Shown here piece by piece: positions 18,127 through 25,981 of a stretch of DNA of 64,000 nt. The DNA lies in NCBI GenBank assembly GCA_964460365.1, contig CAYWPL010000002.1, forward strand, positions 90,349 to 154,348, given 5' to 3'. A program made the translations under genes and the position numbers. The notes under the pieces were generated by a model. The model made no database searches. It saw only the letters and a program-made list of their open reading frames with translations, and was not told the origin of the DNA. Every line of letters begins with the position of its first letter. Positions within the stretch are counted from its first letter, which is position 1. Source of the stretch: an uncultured Candidatus Peribacteria bacterium. Lineage in GTDB: Bacteria; Patescibacteriota; Gracilibacteria; Peribacterales; Peribacteraceae.

Positions 18127-18651
18127 ATGCTTACCTTTACTCCTCTCGGCGACGCCGCCTTTCGTCTATCCGGCCCCCAGAAAGACCTGATCGTGTTCCC
18201 GGCCAAGACCGGAACCAAAGACGCGATCACGATGCTCCCCGTACCCGAGGAAGTCGCCACGCCCGGCACGATCTCCTGGCCCGGCGAATACAACGTCGCA
18301 GGCGTCTCCATCCGCGGCGTGGGCCACGGCGATGGCCAGCAGGTGTCATTCGTGGTCGAGGTCGACAACGTCCGCATGGCCTTCATCTCCGCCCCGCTCC
18401 AGGAGTGGACCGACAAGCAGATGGAACTCGTGGGCGATATTGACGTGATCGTCGCACCCGCCGTCGACGCCAAACAGATGCAGAAGATCGTCGACGACTT
18501 CGATCCGCGCATCGTGTTGCTGCTCCCCACCAAGGATAAAGACGCTCTCGCCGCGATCTCCAAGAGCATCGGGGCCAAAGAGACCATGGGTGAGTACAAG
18601 CTCAAGGGCAGCCTGCCGGCCGAGGGCCGCGAGGTGATCGTCCTGGCGTAA
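18127..18651 (+). CDS. Small MBL-fold-like protein, no HxHxDH motif evident
   Basis: 174 aa. The N-terminus MLTFTPLGDAAFRL resembles UPF0173/MBL-fold hydrolases (usually ..W.GH..F.I), but I find no HxHxDH metal ligands. Confidence 0.65.
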   Translation: MLTFTPLGDAAFRLSGPQKDLIVFPAKTGTKDAITMLPVPEEVATPGTISWPGEYNVAGVSIRGVGHGDGQQVSFVVEVDNVRMAFISAPLQEWTDKQMELVGDIDVIVAPAVDAKQMQKIVDDFDPRIVLLLPTKDKDALAAISKSIGAKETMGEYKLKGSLPAEGREVIVLA

Positions 18652-18700
18652 GCCAAATCCGATAGAGACGCAGGGTGGCTTTGCTCTACTCTTTGGACGT

Positions 18701-18775
18701 GCTCCCGTAGTTCAATGGATAGAACGACCCTCTCCTAAGGGGTAAATGCAGGTTCGATTCCTGCCGGGAGCACCA
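18701..18775 (+). tRNA. tRNA-Arg (anticodon CCT), CCA encoded
   Basis: Manual cloverleaf: acceptor gctcccg/cgggagc; D arm gttc-aatggata-gaac; anticodon arm accct-CTCCTAA-ggggt; T arm gcagg-ttcgatt-cctgc; discriminator A; then CCA. Confidence 0.9.
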
Positions 18776-18812
18776 TTCAGTCAAGTTTTGAACCTTTTGA
18801 ACCTTTGGACTT

Positions 18813-19256
18813 TTGAAAGAACTGCCCTGGAAACTTCCCGGCGGCTACACGCATCCCCGCGCGCTGGAATCCCTCATCCAAAAGCAGGGAGTGGCGACGC
18901 AAGTGTTTGATGCCGGCTCGCTGAATGACGAGGAAAAAATCCGGTTTCTGCAGCAGCAGATCTCCGCGGGCTCCCCCGTTATCCTGCTCACGTACATGTA
19001 CGACTACCAGCACTACATCACGTTGCTCGGATACGACGCGGCTCAGGGCGCATTTTCGATCTACGACCCGGTGTTCACGCGCGGCGAGACGGGCATGACC
19101 GTAGATGAGAACGGAGCTTTGCCTGGCAACAGGACGATTGCCAACGACCGGCTGCTCACGGATTGGTCCAGGGGCGGCATCGCGGGGTTGTACACCTGGT
19201 ACGCACTAGGGATCGCTTCGGCTGCCGACGCCTTCCATAAACCCTCCGCGCTTTAG
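18813..19256 (+). CDS. Peptidase C39-like domain protein, apparently N-terminally truncated
   Basis: 147 aa with a TTG start; an in-frame stop lies 5 codons upstream, right after the tRNA. SPVILLTYMYDYQHYITLLGYDAAQGAFSIYDP matches the His/Asp half of C39-like papain-fold peptidases. The upstream catalytic Cys segment is missing. Confidence 0.55.
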   Translation: MKELPWKLPGGYTHPRALESLIQKQGVATQVFDAGSLNDEEKIRFLQQQISAGSPVILLTYMYDYQHYITLLGYDAAQGAFSIYDPVFTRGETGMTVDENGALPGNRTIANDRLLTDWSRGGIAGLYTWYALGIASAADAFHKPSAL

Positions 19257-19272
19257 ACGTCATCAATTCCAC

Positions 19273-19521
19273 ATGCCCAAGACCTTCGTCCGCTACGTCG
19301 CCCTGCTCCGCGGCATCAATGTCGGCGGCAACAAGAAAGTTCCCTGTTCTTCGCCCGACGGCGGCCTGCGCATCCTGCGCGCGACTCCCGGTGACGTCTG
19401 CAGCGTCGTCACGCTCTCGCCCCAGAAAGGCACCATCGACCTGATGAGTGCCGTGGGCAAAGAATTCGGCAAGAACGTCACGACGCGTAGCTGGAACACC
19501 GTGGTGAAGCTCCTCGCCTGA
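19273..19521 (+). pseudogene. DUF1697-family remnant (internal deletion)
   Basis: 82 aa. The N-terminus YVALLRGINVGGNKKV and C-terminus TTRSWNTVVKLLA match the two ends of DUF1697 proteins (about 180 aa as I recall), but the middle roughly 100 aa are absent. The 3' end overlaps the convergent RSH gene by 44 nt. Confidence 0.5.
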
Positions 19522-20686
19522 ATGCGATAGCGTCACCATCCTGCAGGAGCTGATCGGCCGCGCATCGCACGCCGTTCACTTTGGCGGATAGCGCCGATGC
19601 TTCCGGTAGACCGAGGGCGCGGGCCGCTTGGGCGACGGTGGCAGGCAATGGGAGCTGCAATAGTCGTCTATCAAAGAGACAGTAGACGTGCCGCTTCCCG
19701 GTGACGCGAGAGAGCGACAGCGTGTGTTCGAGTAGCGCGCGTTGGCTTCCGGTCAGCGTACGTCCGGAGCCCTTCTTCTTGTACAGCCAGTGCGACGACA
19801 GGCCGGTCTGTGAGAAATCGTGCATGAAGCGTGTGCGGATCTGCACCTCGGTCGGTAAGTCTAGATCGGGGATAATGCGATTGAGCGCGGTGTGCAGGCT
19901 CTGATAGCCGTTACTCTTGGGCGTGCGAATATAATCCTTGAAGTGTCTGGCGAGCGGCACGAAGCGCTTGTGGAGCGTGTCCAGCACCTCAAAGCACAAG
20001 CGGTCGTCGTTCGAATCCAGGATGATGCGGAAGGCAAAAATATCGCGCAGTTCCAGCATGTGCCGGTACCGCTTGTCGCGGAATTTCAAGTACACGCTGT
20101 ATGGTTCCTTGAAGCGCCCGTAGATGACGCACTTGTACTGCGGATGCAGTGCTGAGCGCAGAGCGCGCGTGATCCGTCCCAGATAGCGTGAGGATTCCCT
20201 CTTGTACTTCTCGAGAGTGCGTTCGACCTCGGCGCTCTCGCGCGGATGGGCGATGCTGAAGCACAGAGCGTCCAGCCGCCGCTTGCGACGGAACATGCCG
20301 AAGTGTTCCGCGAGCGGCGAGAGCACGTCCAGATACTGCGTCGCCAGATCTTTTTCGCGCCGGTCGCGAAGCGACTGCGCAATCTTGTGCAGAAAATTCT
20401 CGAACGCGTCGGGCTTCTCCGAAAAACGTTCCAAGAGAAAATGCGTCAGCACGTCCTTGTCCGCAGCTCCGGCTTTGGCGAGCTTCCGGAGAATACCCAG
20501 GCACAAAGAGAACGCTATATTGTCGCTCTGGCGTGCCGCTGGCACCTGCGCGCTCACGCGTGCAGGATAAAGAAGACAATGGGCCTGCTCAAGAATAATT
20601 GACACTACTGGACGGAGATACAGTTCGATGAGCCCGTTGAGCCGCTCCTCTTTGTCGAATCGGCGTCGGATGTCATCAATTGCCAT
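19478..20686 (-). CDS. RelA/SpoT homologue: HD-like region lacking an HD motif + (p)ppGpp synthetase + TGS, ends after TGS
   Basis: ORF to 20866; ATG 20686 gives MAIDDIRRRF. Synthetase core GRFKEPYSVYLKF...FAFRIIL...KDYIRTPKSNGYQSLHTAL...EVQIRTRFMHDFSQTGLSSHWLYKKK. TGS-like VYCLFDRRLLQLPLPATVAQAARALG...AKVNGVRCAADQLLQDGDAIAF. No HD dipeptide in the N-terminal ~190 aa. The protein ends about 15 aa after TGS. Confidence 0.8.
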   Translation of the reverse strand: MAIDDIRRRFDKEERLNGLIELYLRPVVSIILEQAHCLLYPARVSAQVPAARQSDNIAFSLCLGILRKLAKAGAADKDVLTHFLLERFSEKPDAFENFLHKIAQSLRDRREKDLATQYLDVLSPLAEHFGMFRRKRRLDALCFSIAHPRESAEVERTLEKYKRESSRYLGRITRALRSALHPQYKCVIYGRFKEPYSVYLKFRDKRYRHMLELRDIFAFRIILDSNDDRLCFEVLDTLHKRFVPLARHFKDYIRTPKSNGYQSLHTALNRIIPDLDLPTEVQIRTRFMHDFSQTGLSSHWLYKKKGSGRTLTGSQRALLEHTLSLSRVTGKRHVYCLFDRRLLQLPLPATVAQAARALGLPEASALSAKVNGVRCAADQLLQDGDAIAFRRGASPRCSSYAS

Positions 20687-20884
20687 ACCAGCTCCCTTCA
20701 AAGTAGTACTCGGACGATTACGATGGGGCGGTCTGTGCCCCCCCCCCGCTGATTTCCGCATGCGGACGCCAGGGGGGAGAGGGATGAACAAATCGTGAAG
20801 GAGCATCCGCAACTCCCGGAGGAGCCGCGTTATGTCGATATAACATGACATCGCCCGGGGCACCAAATCGTGTTTTTCCGCGTG

Positions 20885-21415
20885 TTACTTCGGCATCGGC
20901 CGGCTGTGGTTGGTGATGACGCCGTTGCTCAGAATGCCGTTGGGGATGATGACGAGCCGTCCGTCCGCGCCGCGCACGTGCGTCGTGACGATCTCGATCT
21001 TCTCCACCATGCCTTTCTGCGTCTGTGCCTCGATCTCCTCGCCGATCTTGAACGGCTTGAAGAGGAGAATCAGGATGCCGCCCGCGACGTTGCTCAGGCT
21101 GCCCTGCAACGAGAGGCCGACCGCGAGGCCCGCGGCGCCGAGAAGCGCCACGAACGAGGTCATCTGCACGCCGATCATCATCGCCACCGTGATGAGCAGC
21201 ATGATTTTCAGCACGATGGCGCTGGCGCTCTCCAGGAAACTTGCCAGCGAGCGGTCCATCCGCTGGATCTGGAAGGCTTTGCGCATGGCCTTTGTGGCGA
21301 TGCGCACCAGCCAGAAACCTATGACGAGCGTGACCAGCGCGAGCAGCAGCTGGGGCAGATACGAGAGGCTCATGGTCATGCCGAGATCGACATATTTCTG
21401 AAGCTGGAGGTTCAT
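20885..21415 (-). CDS. Short MscS-family mechanosensitive channel
   Basis: 176 aa. TM helices plus the pore-helix/beta-domain signature LLGAAGLAVGLSLQGSLSNVAGGILILLFKPFKIGEEIE...GRLVIIPNG. No C-terminal alpha-beta domain. Confidence 0.8.
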   Translation of the reverse strand: MNLQLQKYVDLGMTMSLSYLPQLLLALVTLVIGFWLVRIATKAMRKAFQIQRMDRSLASFLESASAIVLKIMLLITVAMMIGVQMTSFVALLGAAGLAVGLSLQGSLSNVAGGILILLFKPFKIGEEIEAQTQKGMVEKIEIVTTHVRGADGRLVIIPNGILSNGVITNHSRPMPK

Positions 21416-21475
21416 AGGAGAAGCAGGAAAGAATCCCGACTACTAAACAGCTCTGCCCGTCCACTGGCAAGGGCC

Positions 21476-22828
21476 TCAGAGGAACGACGTTACGGCCATC
21501 AGAACCGCCGCCGCCAGCATCACGCCCGTCGTCAGCCAGCCAGCCAGGCGCATCGGGAGCGGCAGGACATAGCGGCCCATCACCTTCTTGTCGCAGGCGA
21601 GGACCATCAGCACCACCATCAGCGGGACGGCGAGCACGCCGTTGATGACCGCGCACCAGAAGAGCGCGCGGATGGGATCGACGTGGAAGAAATTGAGCGC
21701 GAGACCGAGCAGCACCGCCGCGGTCATCACGCCGTAGAAGCCCTTGGCTTCGTGCGGCTTGCGCTCCAGTCCGACCTGCCACTGCATCGCCTCCCCTACC
21801 GCGTATGCCGCCGAACCCGAGAGCACGGGCACTGCGAGCAGGCCGGTGCCGATGATGCCGATGGCGAAACACAGCTTGGCGAACGGTCCGGCGATCGGTT
21901 CGAGCGCTTTCGCGGCGTCCGCCGCCGTCGTGATATCGGTGAGGCCGTGAACATGGAGCGTGACCGCGGCCGTGAGAATGATGAAGAACATAATGAGGTT
22001 TGAGAATCCCATGCCGATCACGGTGTCGACATCGATGCGCAGCAGTTCGCCCGTGCCCATGCGTGATCCGCCCTTGAGCGCGGGGTTGTTGTGCCGTTCT
22101 TTCTCCTCCACCTCGCCAGACGCCTGCCAGAAAAACAGGTACGGGCTGATCGTCGTGCCCATGATGGCGACGAAGCCCGTGATGTATTCCCGACTGAAGG
22201 AAAAGGACGGCGTGATGGTAGCCAGTAGCGCCTCGCCCCACGGGATCTGCACCGCGAAGATCACGGCGACGTAGGCAAAAAGCGCCAGCGTCAGCCACTT
22301 GAGGATGTTCACGTATTGCGAGTACGGCAGGAAGATCTCCAGCACCAGCGAGAGCAGGCCCATTGCCACGATGGAAGGCAGCACCGGTGCACCGGTGATC
22401 AGCTCCAGCGCGGCGCCCATCGCGCCCAGGTCCGCGCCGAGGTTGAGCACATTGGCGATGACGAGCAATCCGACCGCTCCGCGCAGCAGCCAGGCCGGCG
22501 CGTGCATGCGCAGATTGCCCGCGATGCCGTGCCCCGTCACGCAGCCGATGCGCGCGGCGATCCGCTGGATCGAGACCATCAGCGGGAACGAAAACAACGC
22601 CGTCCACAGCATGCCGAAGCCGAACTGCGCGCCCATCTGCGAGTACGTGGCGATGCCGCTCGGGTCATCGTCGGAGGCGCCGGTGATGATGCCGGGGCCG
22701 AGGCGGCCGAACATCCTGAGCAGTCGTTTGCGGCGGATGCGCTCCTTCAGGTGCGGTCCGGGCGGCGTGGCGTTGTCGGGTGCGGGAGGTATGCCCGTAG
22801 GGTACCACGGTGGGGTTTCATAATTCAT
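21476..22828 (-). CDS. NRAMP/SLC11-family transporter with non-canonical metal-site motifs
   Basis: 450 aa, polytopic. GPGIITGASDDDPSGIATYSQMGAQFGFGMLW aligns to the Nramp TM1 region; AIMGTTISPYLFFWQAS aligns to TM6. Confidence 0.85.
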   Translation of the reverse strand: MNYETPPWYPTGIPPAPDNATPPGPHLKERIRRKRLLRMFGRLGPGIITGASDDDPSGIATYSQMGAQFGFGMLWTALFSFPLMVSIQRIAARIGCVTGHGIAGNLRMHAPAWLLRGAVGLLVIANVLNLGADLGAMGAALELITGAPVLPSIVAMGLLSLVLEIFLPYSQYVNILKWLTLALFAYVAVIFAVQIPWGEALLATITPSFSFSREYITGFVAIMGTTISPYLFFWQASGEVEEKERHNNPALKGGSRMGTGELLRIDVDTVIGMGFSNLIMFFIILTAAVTLHVHGLTDITTAADAAKALEPIAGPFAKLCFAIGIIGTGLLAVPVLSGSAAYAVGEAMQWQVGLERKPHEAKGFYGVMTAAVLLGLALNFFHVDPIRALFWCAVINGVLAVPLMVVLMVLACDKKVMGRYVLPLPMRLAGWLTTGVMLAAAVLMAVTSFL

Positions 22829-22844
22829 CCGCAGGCATGACGTG

Positions 22845-22874
22845 GCCCCCTGTACGTGTGACGGTACAGGGGGC
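22845..22874. other. 11-bp GC-rich inverted repeat between the 341-aa gene and the NRAMP gene
   Basis: gccccctgtac-gtgtgacg-gtacagggggc. It lies 15 nt after the upstream stop and 17 nt before the NRAMP ATG. No U-tract, so it could be a terminator or an operator. Confidence 0.5.
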
Positions 22875-22888
22875 GGGCGAGCAGGCGG

Positions 22889-23914
22889 TCAGTCCTTCTT
22901 GGGGGCCACGATGCGGAGGGGGGCCGCCTCGATGGTGTAGGTCTTCGAGTCGATGGGGCTGACGACCATCTTGTCGCCGCCCCCGACCCGGGTCTTCATG
23001 TAGTAGAGCAGGCCGCTGATGGCCTGCTGCGCTTCGATGACATCGTCGTCATCGGGGAGTTCCGCGCGGAAGACCACGGTGACTTTCGTCTCCGTGATCT
23101 CCAGCTTGAGAATGCGCTGCGCGACCTTGCGGTCGCTGCCCTTCAGGAACATGCCGCTCTTGGCCTGGCGGTACGGCTCGGGGTCGGTGAGCTTGCCGCC
23201 GCCGTAGTTCCCGATCTGCAGTACCGCAGACTGGAACTTCGGCAGCCCGACGATCTGGCTCGCCTTGGGGTGCTCCACCCCGTAGGCGACGTACGTCTCC
23301 GAGACGTAGTCGTTGGTCCGGAAGACCAACGTCATATTGCCCCGGTACTTGTTCACGCGGCCGCCCTTCCCCCAAATCTTCTCCTCAGCCGTCAGCTCCG
23401 GCTCCTTCTCCTCCGGCTCCCCCTTGGCCGTGGCGTCCTTGCTGTCCTTGGCCGTCTCCCCCTTGGCCTTCTTGGCCTTGGCGGCGGCGGCCTCCTTCTC
23501 CTCCTCCGCCTTGGTCTCGGCGGCGATCTCCTTCTGCCGCGTGTTGTACTTCTCCACGTTGAGACCGATGGCGGAGATGACCATCATCAACGCGGTGGGG
23601 AGGACCACCGCGAACCCATTGACCTTGGCGGCACCCGCGAAGGTGCTGTCCGTCGCCTTCCACACGCCCGAGAGCGTGAAGAACTGCAAGAGCGCGGTCA
23701 ACGGCGCGCTCCACAGGACGACGGACGACTGGTTCTCGACGGGGGTCAGGGCCGAGATGGTGGCGATGGTGGTCGCCGGGACGAGGCCGGTGAGGGCCGC
23801 GATCAGGGACGACAGCCACCAGCTGCCATCGTGGGTCTTGTAGCGGATCGCGGACGTGAGTCCGGCCGCCAGGTTGCCGCCCACCAGCAACCAGATCATG
23901 GACGTGTTCAACAT
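22889..23914 (-). CDS. Hypothetical membrane protein with Lys/Glu/Ala-rich linker and soluble C-terminal domain
   Basis: 341 aa. About four N-terminal TM segments, the linker EIAAETKAEEEKEAAAAKAKKAKGETAKDSKDATAKGEPEEKEPE, then a ~170-aa beta-rich domain. No family recognised. Confidence 0.75.
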   Translation of the reverse strand: MLNTSMIWLLVGGNLAAGLTSAIRYKTHDGSWWLSSLIAALTGLVPATTIATISALTPVENQSSVVLWSAPLTALLQFFTLSGVWKATDSTFAGAAKVNGFAVVLPTALMMVISAIGLNVEKYNTRQKEIAAETKAEEEKEAAAAKAKKAKGETAKDSKDATAKGEPEEKEPELTAEEKIWGKGGRVNKYRGNMTLVFRTNDYVSETYVAYGVEHPKASQIVGLPKFQSAVLQIGNYGGGKLTDPEPYRQAKSGMFLKGSDRKVAQRILKLEITETKVTVVFRAELPDDDDVIEAQQAISGLLYYMKTRVGGGDKMVVSPIDSKTYTIEAAPLRIVAPKKD

Positions 23915-24000
23915 CGTAACCTTTCTGCCCCACTGAAGGGGTCTCTAGAGGACTGAGTCTGTGCCTGCTTGCCAATGATCGGCCCAAGAATGTTGAGTTC

Positions 24001-24070
24001 CTGGGTTAATTATGATTATATAACTATAACTAAGTATAGTCAAATAGAAGAAAGCTGATTATTTGGCTTG
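24001..24070. promoter_or_regulatory. AT-rich island in the divergent promoter region (SLH gene / 341-aa gene)
   Basis: ctgggttaattatgattatataactataactaagtatagtcaaatagaagaaagctgattatttggcttg is far more AT-rich than its surroundings and holds several -10-like hexamers (tataac, tatagt). A TTGACA lies at 24090-24095. Confidence 0.3.
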
Positions 24071-24340
24071 CAGAAGAGCAAAACCTCACTTGACAGCTTT
24101 CGCTGAACACGGCCATTTTCACGGGTCGATCAGGGGCTGCGCCCTCTATAGGGCTTTGAAACACGATTCTAGGCAACGACATCCATTCCGGCTTCCCGCC
24201 CGAGGGCGGTGAGACGGAGCGGACCAGAGACTCGGATGGATGGGGGTTTCGTTCGTCTGAAAAAACACCGGAGCGCATCGCACATGCTTTTCCGGACTTG
24301 ATGAGTAACATTCCCGGGCGCGCCGCGTTATAGTTCCCGT

Positions 24341-25978
24341 ATGCGCAAACTCCTCTCGATCATTGTCGGCCTCTCCCTGCCTCTCGCCGTCCTCGCTCTC
24401 GATTACTCGGACGCGACAGGACGCTACACCGACCCGTCCTTCACGCGCAGCGAAGCCGCGGCGATCAGTGTCCTGACGAACGCGGGCGTAGTGAGCGGCA
24501 ATGACGACGGCAGCTTCCTCCCCCGCCGCACCCTCAACCGTGCGGAATTCGCCAAGATCGCCGTCCTCAGTGCCGGCATCGAGGTAAGCGTTGCCGGCAA
24601 CTGCTTCCCCGATGTCCGTAACGAATGGTTCGCCCGCTACGTCTGCACGGCTAAGAAGCGCGGGATCGTCCAGGGCAACCCAGACGGCTTGTATCATCCC
24701 GAACGCAACGTGAACTACGCCGAAGCCGTGAAGATCCTCGCGGGTCTGTACGGATACGACGTGTCCATGCAGCTGGGCGATGCCTGGTTCGCGCCTTTCC
24801 TCCGCGCCGCCGATGAACGCGGTGTGCTGCTGCCCGTCGCCCTCGATCCCGGCGCGCTCCTCACGCGCGGCCAGATGGCCCGCCTGACGGCCGCCGTCAT
24901 GGCCGAGGCCGCAGGTGAACTCGACCTCTACCGCGCGGCGGAGAACGGCGAGACGGTGGCGTCCTCGTCGTCTTCTTCCAGCAGCAGTTCGAGCATCTCA
25001 TCTTCTTCCTCGTCTTCTTCGACATCCTCGTCTTCGTCGTTTTCCTCCACTTCCACGGTCCTTGATCTGCCGGTGCGCAGCCGCTTCCTCGTCCTCGGCG
25101 AGCGGACCAAGCCGATCGCGGCCCTGACGTTCTTTGCCGACAAAGAGGCGATCTTCGTCCGCAGCGTGGAGATCAAACTGGAGCGCAAAGTCCTCTCGTT
25201 CGACACGATGTATCTGGTGGATGAGAACGGCGTGCAGATCGGCCAGGTCTCGCTGGATCGTCTCTTCGACAGCACGGACAAGACCTGGAGGGCCAGCTTC
25301 TCCGGTGGTACGTATCGCATCCCGAAGGGGACGGAGCGTCAGCTTGCCATCGAAGCGCTGCTCAAAGAGCGCGACAAGGGCGGCGGCTCGGACGAGCTCG
25401 TAAAAGTCGAAGACTTCCGCATGACGGCCCAGGGCGAGGACAGTGGCTCTAACTACAACGCCATCAAGCCCGACAGCCTTGTCTTCCCCAAGCACCAGAC
25501 GGCGCAGGGGCGCATCACCTCCGTGGTGAACGCGCTCTCGGAGACGGATTCCCTTCCGCTCGGTACCAACCAGGTCATCGGCGCCTTCACGTTCCGTGGC
25601 ACGCACGTGAGCGGTGCGGAGCTCCGCGTGGAGAACCTCGAGTTCCAGATCAGCAAGTCGTCCTCGGTGACGGTGACGAACTGGCAGCTGGGTACCGGCG
25701 AATCCTCGCTGCGCACCCCCTGCACGGTGAACGAGCTGATCGTCAGCTGTTACACGATTCCCGCCGAGATCGGCACGATCCCCAATGAGCCGCGCACGCT
25801 GCGCCTCTACGGCGATGTCGCGCTGGAGGCGGGCGCACAGGATTACTTCCTGCAGGTCAGCCTGAATCAGCCCGGCAATCCCGAAACGATCGGCGCCGTG
25901 CAGTGGACAGACGGCTCCGGCCATTTCCGCTGGACCGAGCTCTCATCGCCCGTCGCGCGGAGCGCGCGCTTCAATTAG
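24341..25978 (+). CDS. SLH-domain cell-surface (S-layer-like) protein with poly-Ser linker
   Basis: 545 aa. Signal peptide MRKLLSIIVGLSLPLAVLA. Three SLH-like repeats (..GVVSGNDDGSFLPRRTLNRAEFAKI; FPDVRNEWFARYVCTAKKRGIVQGNPDGLYHPERNVNYAEAVKIL; DAWFAPFLRAADERGVL...LTRGQMARL). A ~30-aa Ser run, then a beta-rich C-terminal domain. Confidence 0.88.
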   Translation: MRKLLSIIVGLSLPLAVLALDYSDATGRYTDPSFTRSEAAAISVLTNAGVVSGNDDGSFLPRRTLNRAEFAKIAVLSAGIEVSVAGNCFPDVRNEWFARYVCTAKKRGIVQGNPDGLYHPERNVNYAEAVKILAGLYGYDVSMQLGDAWFAPFLRAADERGVLLPVALDPGALLTRGQMARLTAAVMAEAAGELDLYRAAENGETVASSSSSSSSSSSISSSSSSSSTSSSSSFSSTSTVLDLPVRSRFLVLGERTKPIAALTFFADKEAIFVRSVEIKLERKVLSFDTMYLVDENGVQIGQVSLDRLFDSTDKTWRASFSGGTYRIPKGTERQLAIEALLKERDKGGGSDELVKVEDFRMTAQGEDSGSNYNAIKPDSLVFPKHQTAQGRITSVVNALSETDSLPLGTNQVIGAFTFRGTHVSGAELRVENLEFQISKSSSVTVTNWQLGTGESSLRTPCTVNELIVSCYTIPAEIGTIPNEPRTLRLYGDVALEAGAQDYFLQVSLNQPGNPETIGAVQWTDGSGHFRWTELSSPVARSARFN

Positions 25979-25981
25979 ACG

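Noticed and set aside
18776-18812. ttttgaacc-ttttgaacc tandem after tRNA-Arg as an att site
   Set aside because: It is not a copy of the tRNA 3' end. No second copy or integrase is visible in the window. I kept it only as context for the remnant-gene finding.
24962-25053. Serine-run DNA as a possible tandem repeat, contingency locus or CRISPR-like array
   Set aside because: The codons are a mixture of TCG, TCT, TCC and AGC with no fixed repeat unit. It lies in frame inside a well-supported gene.
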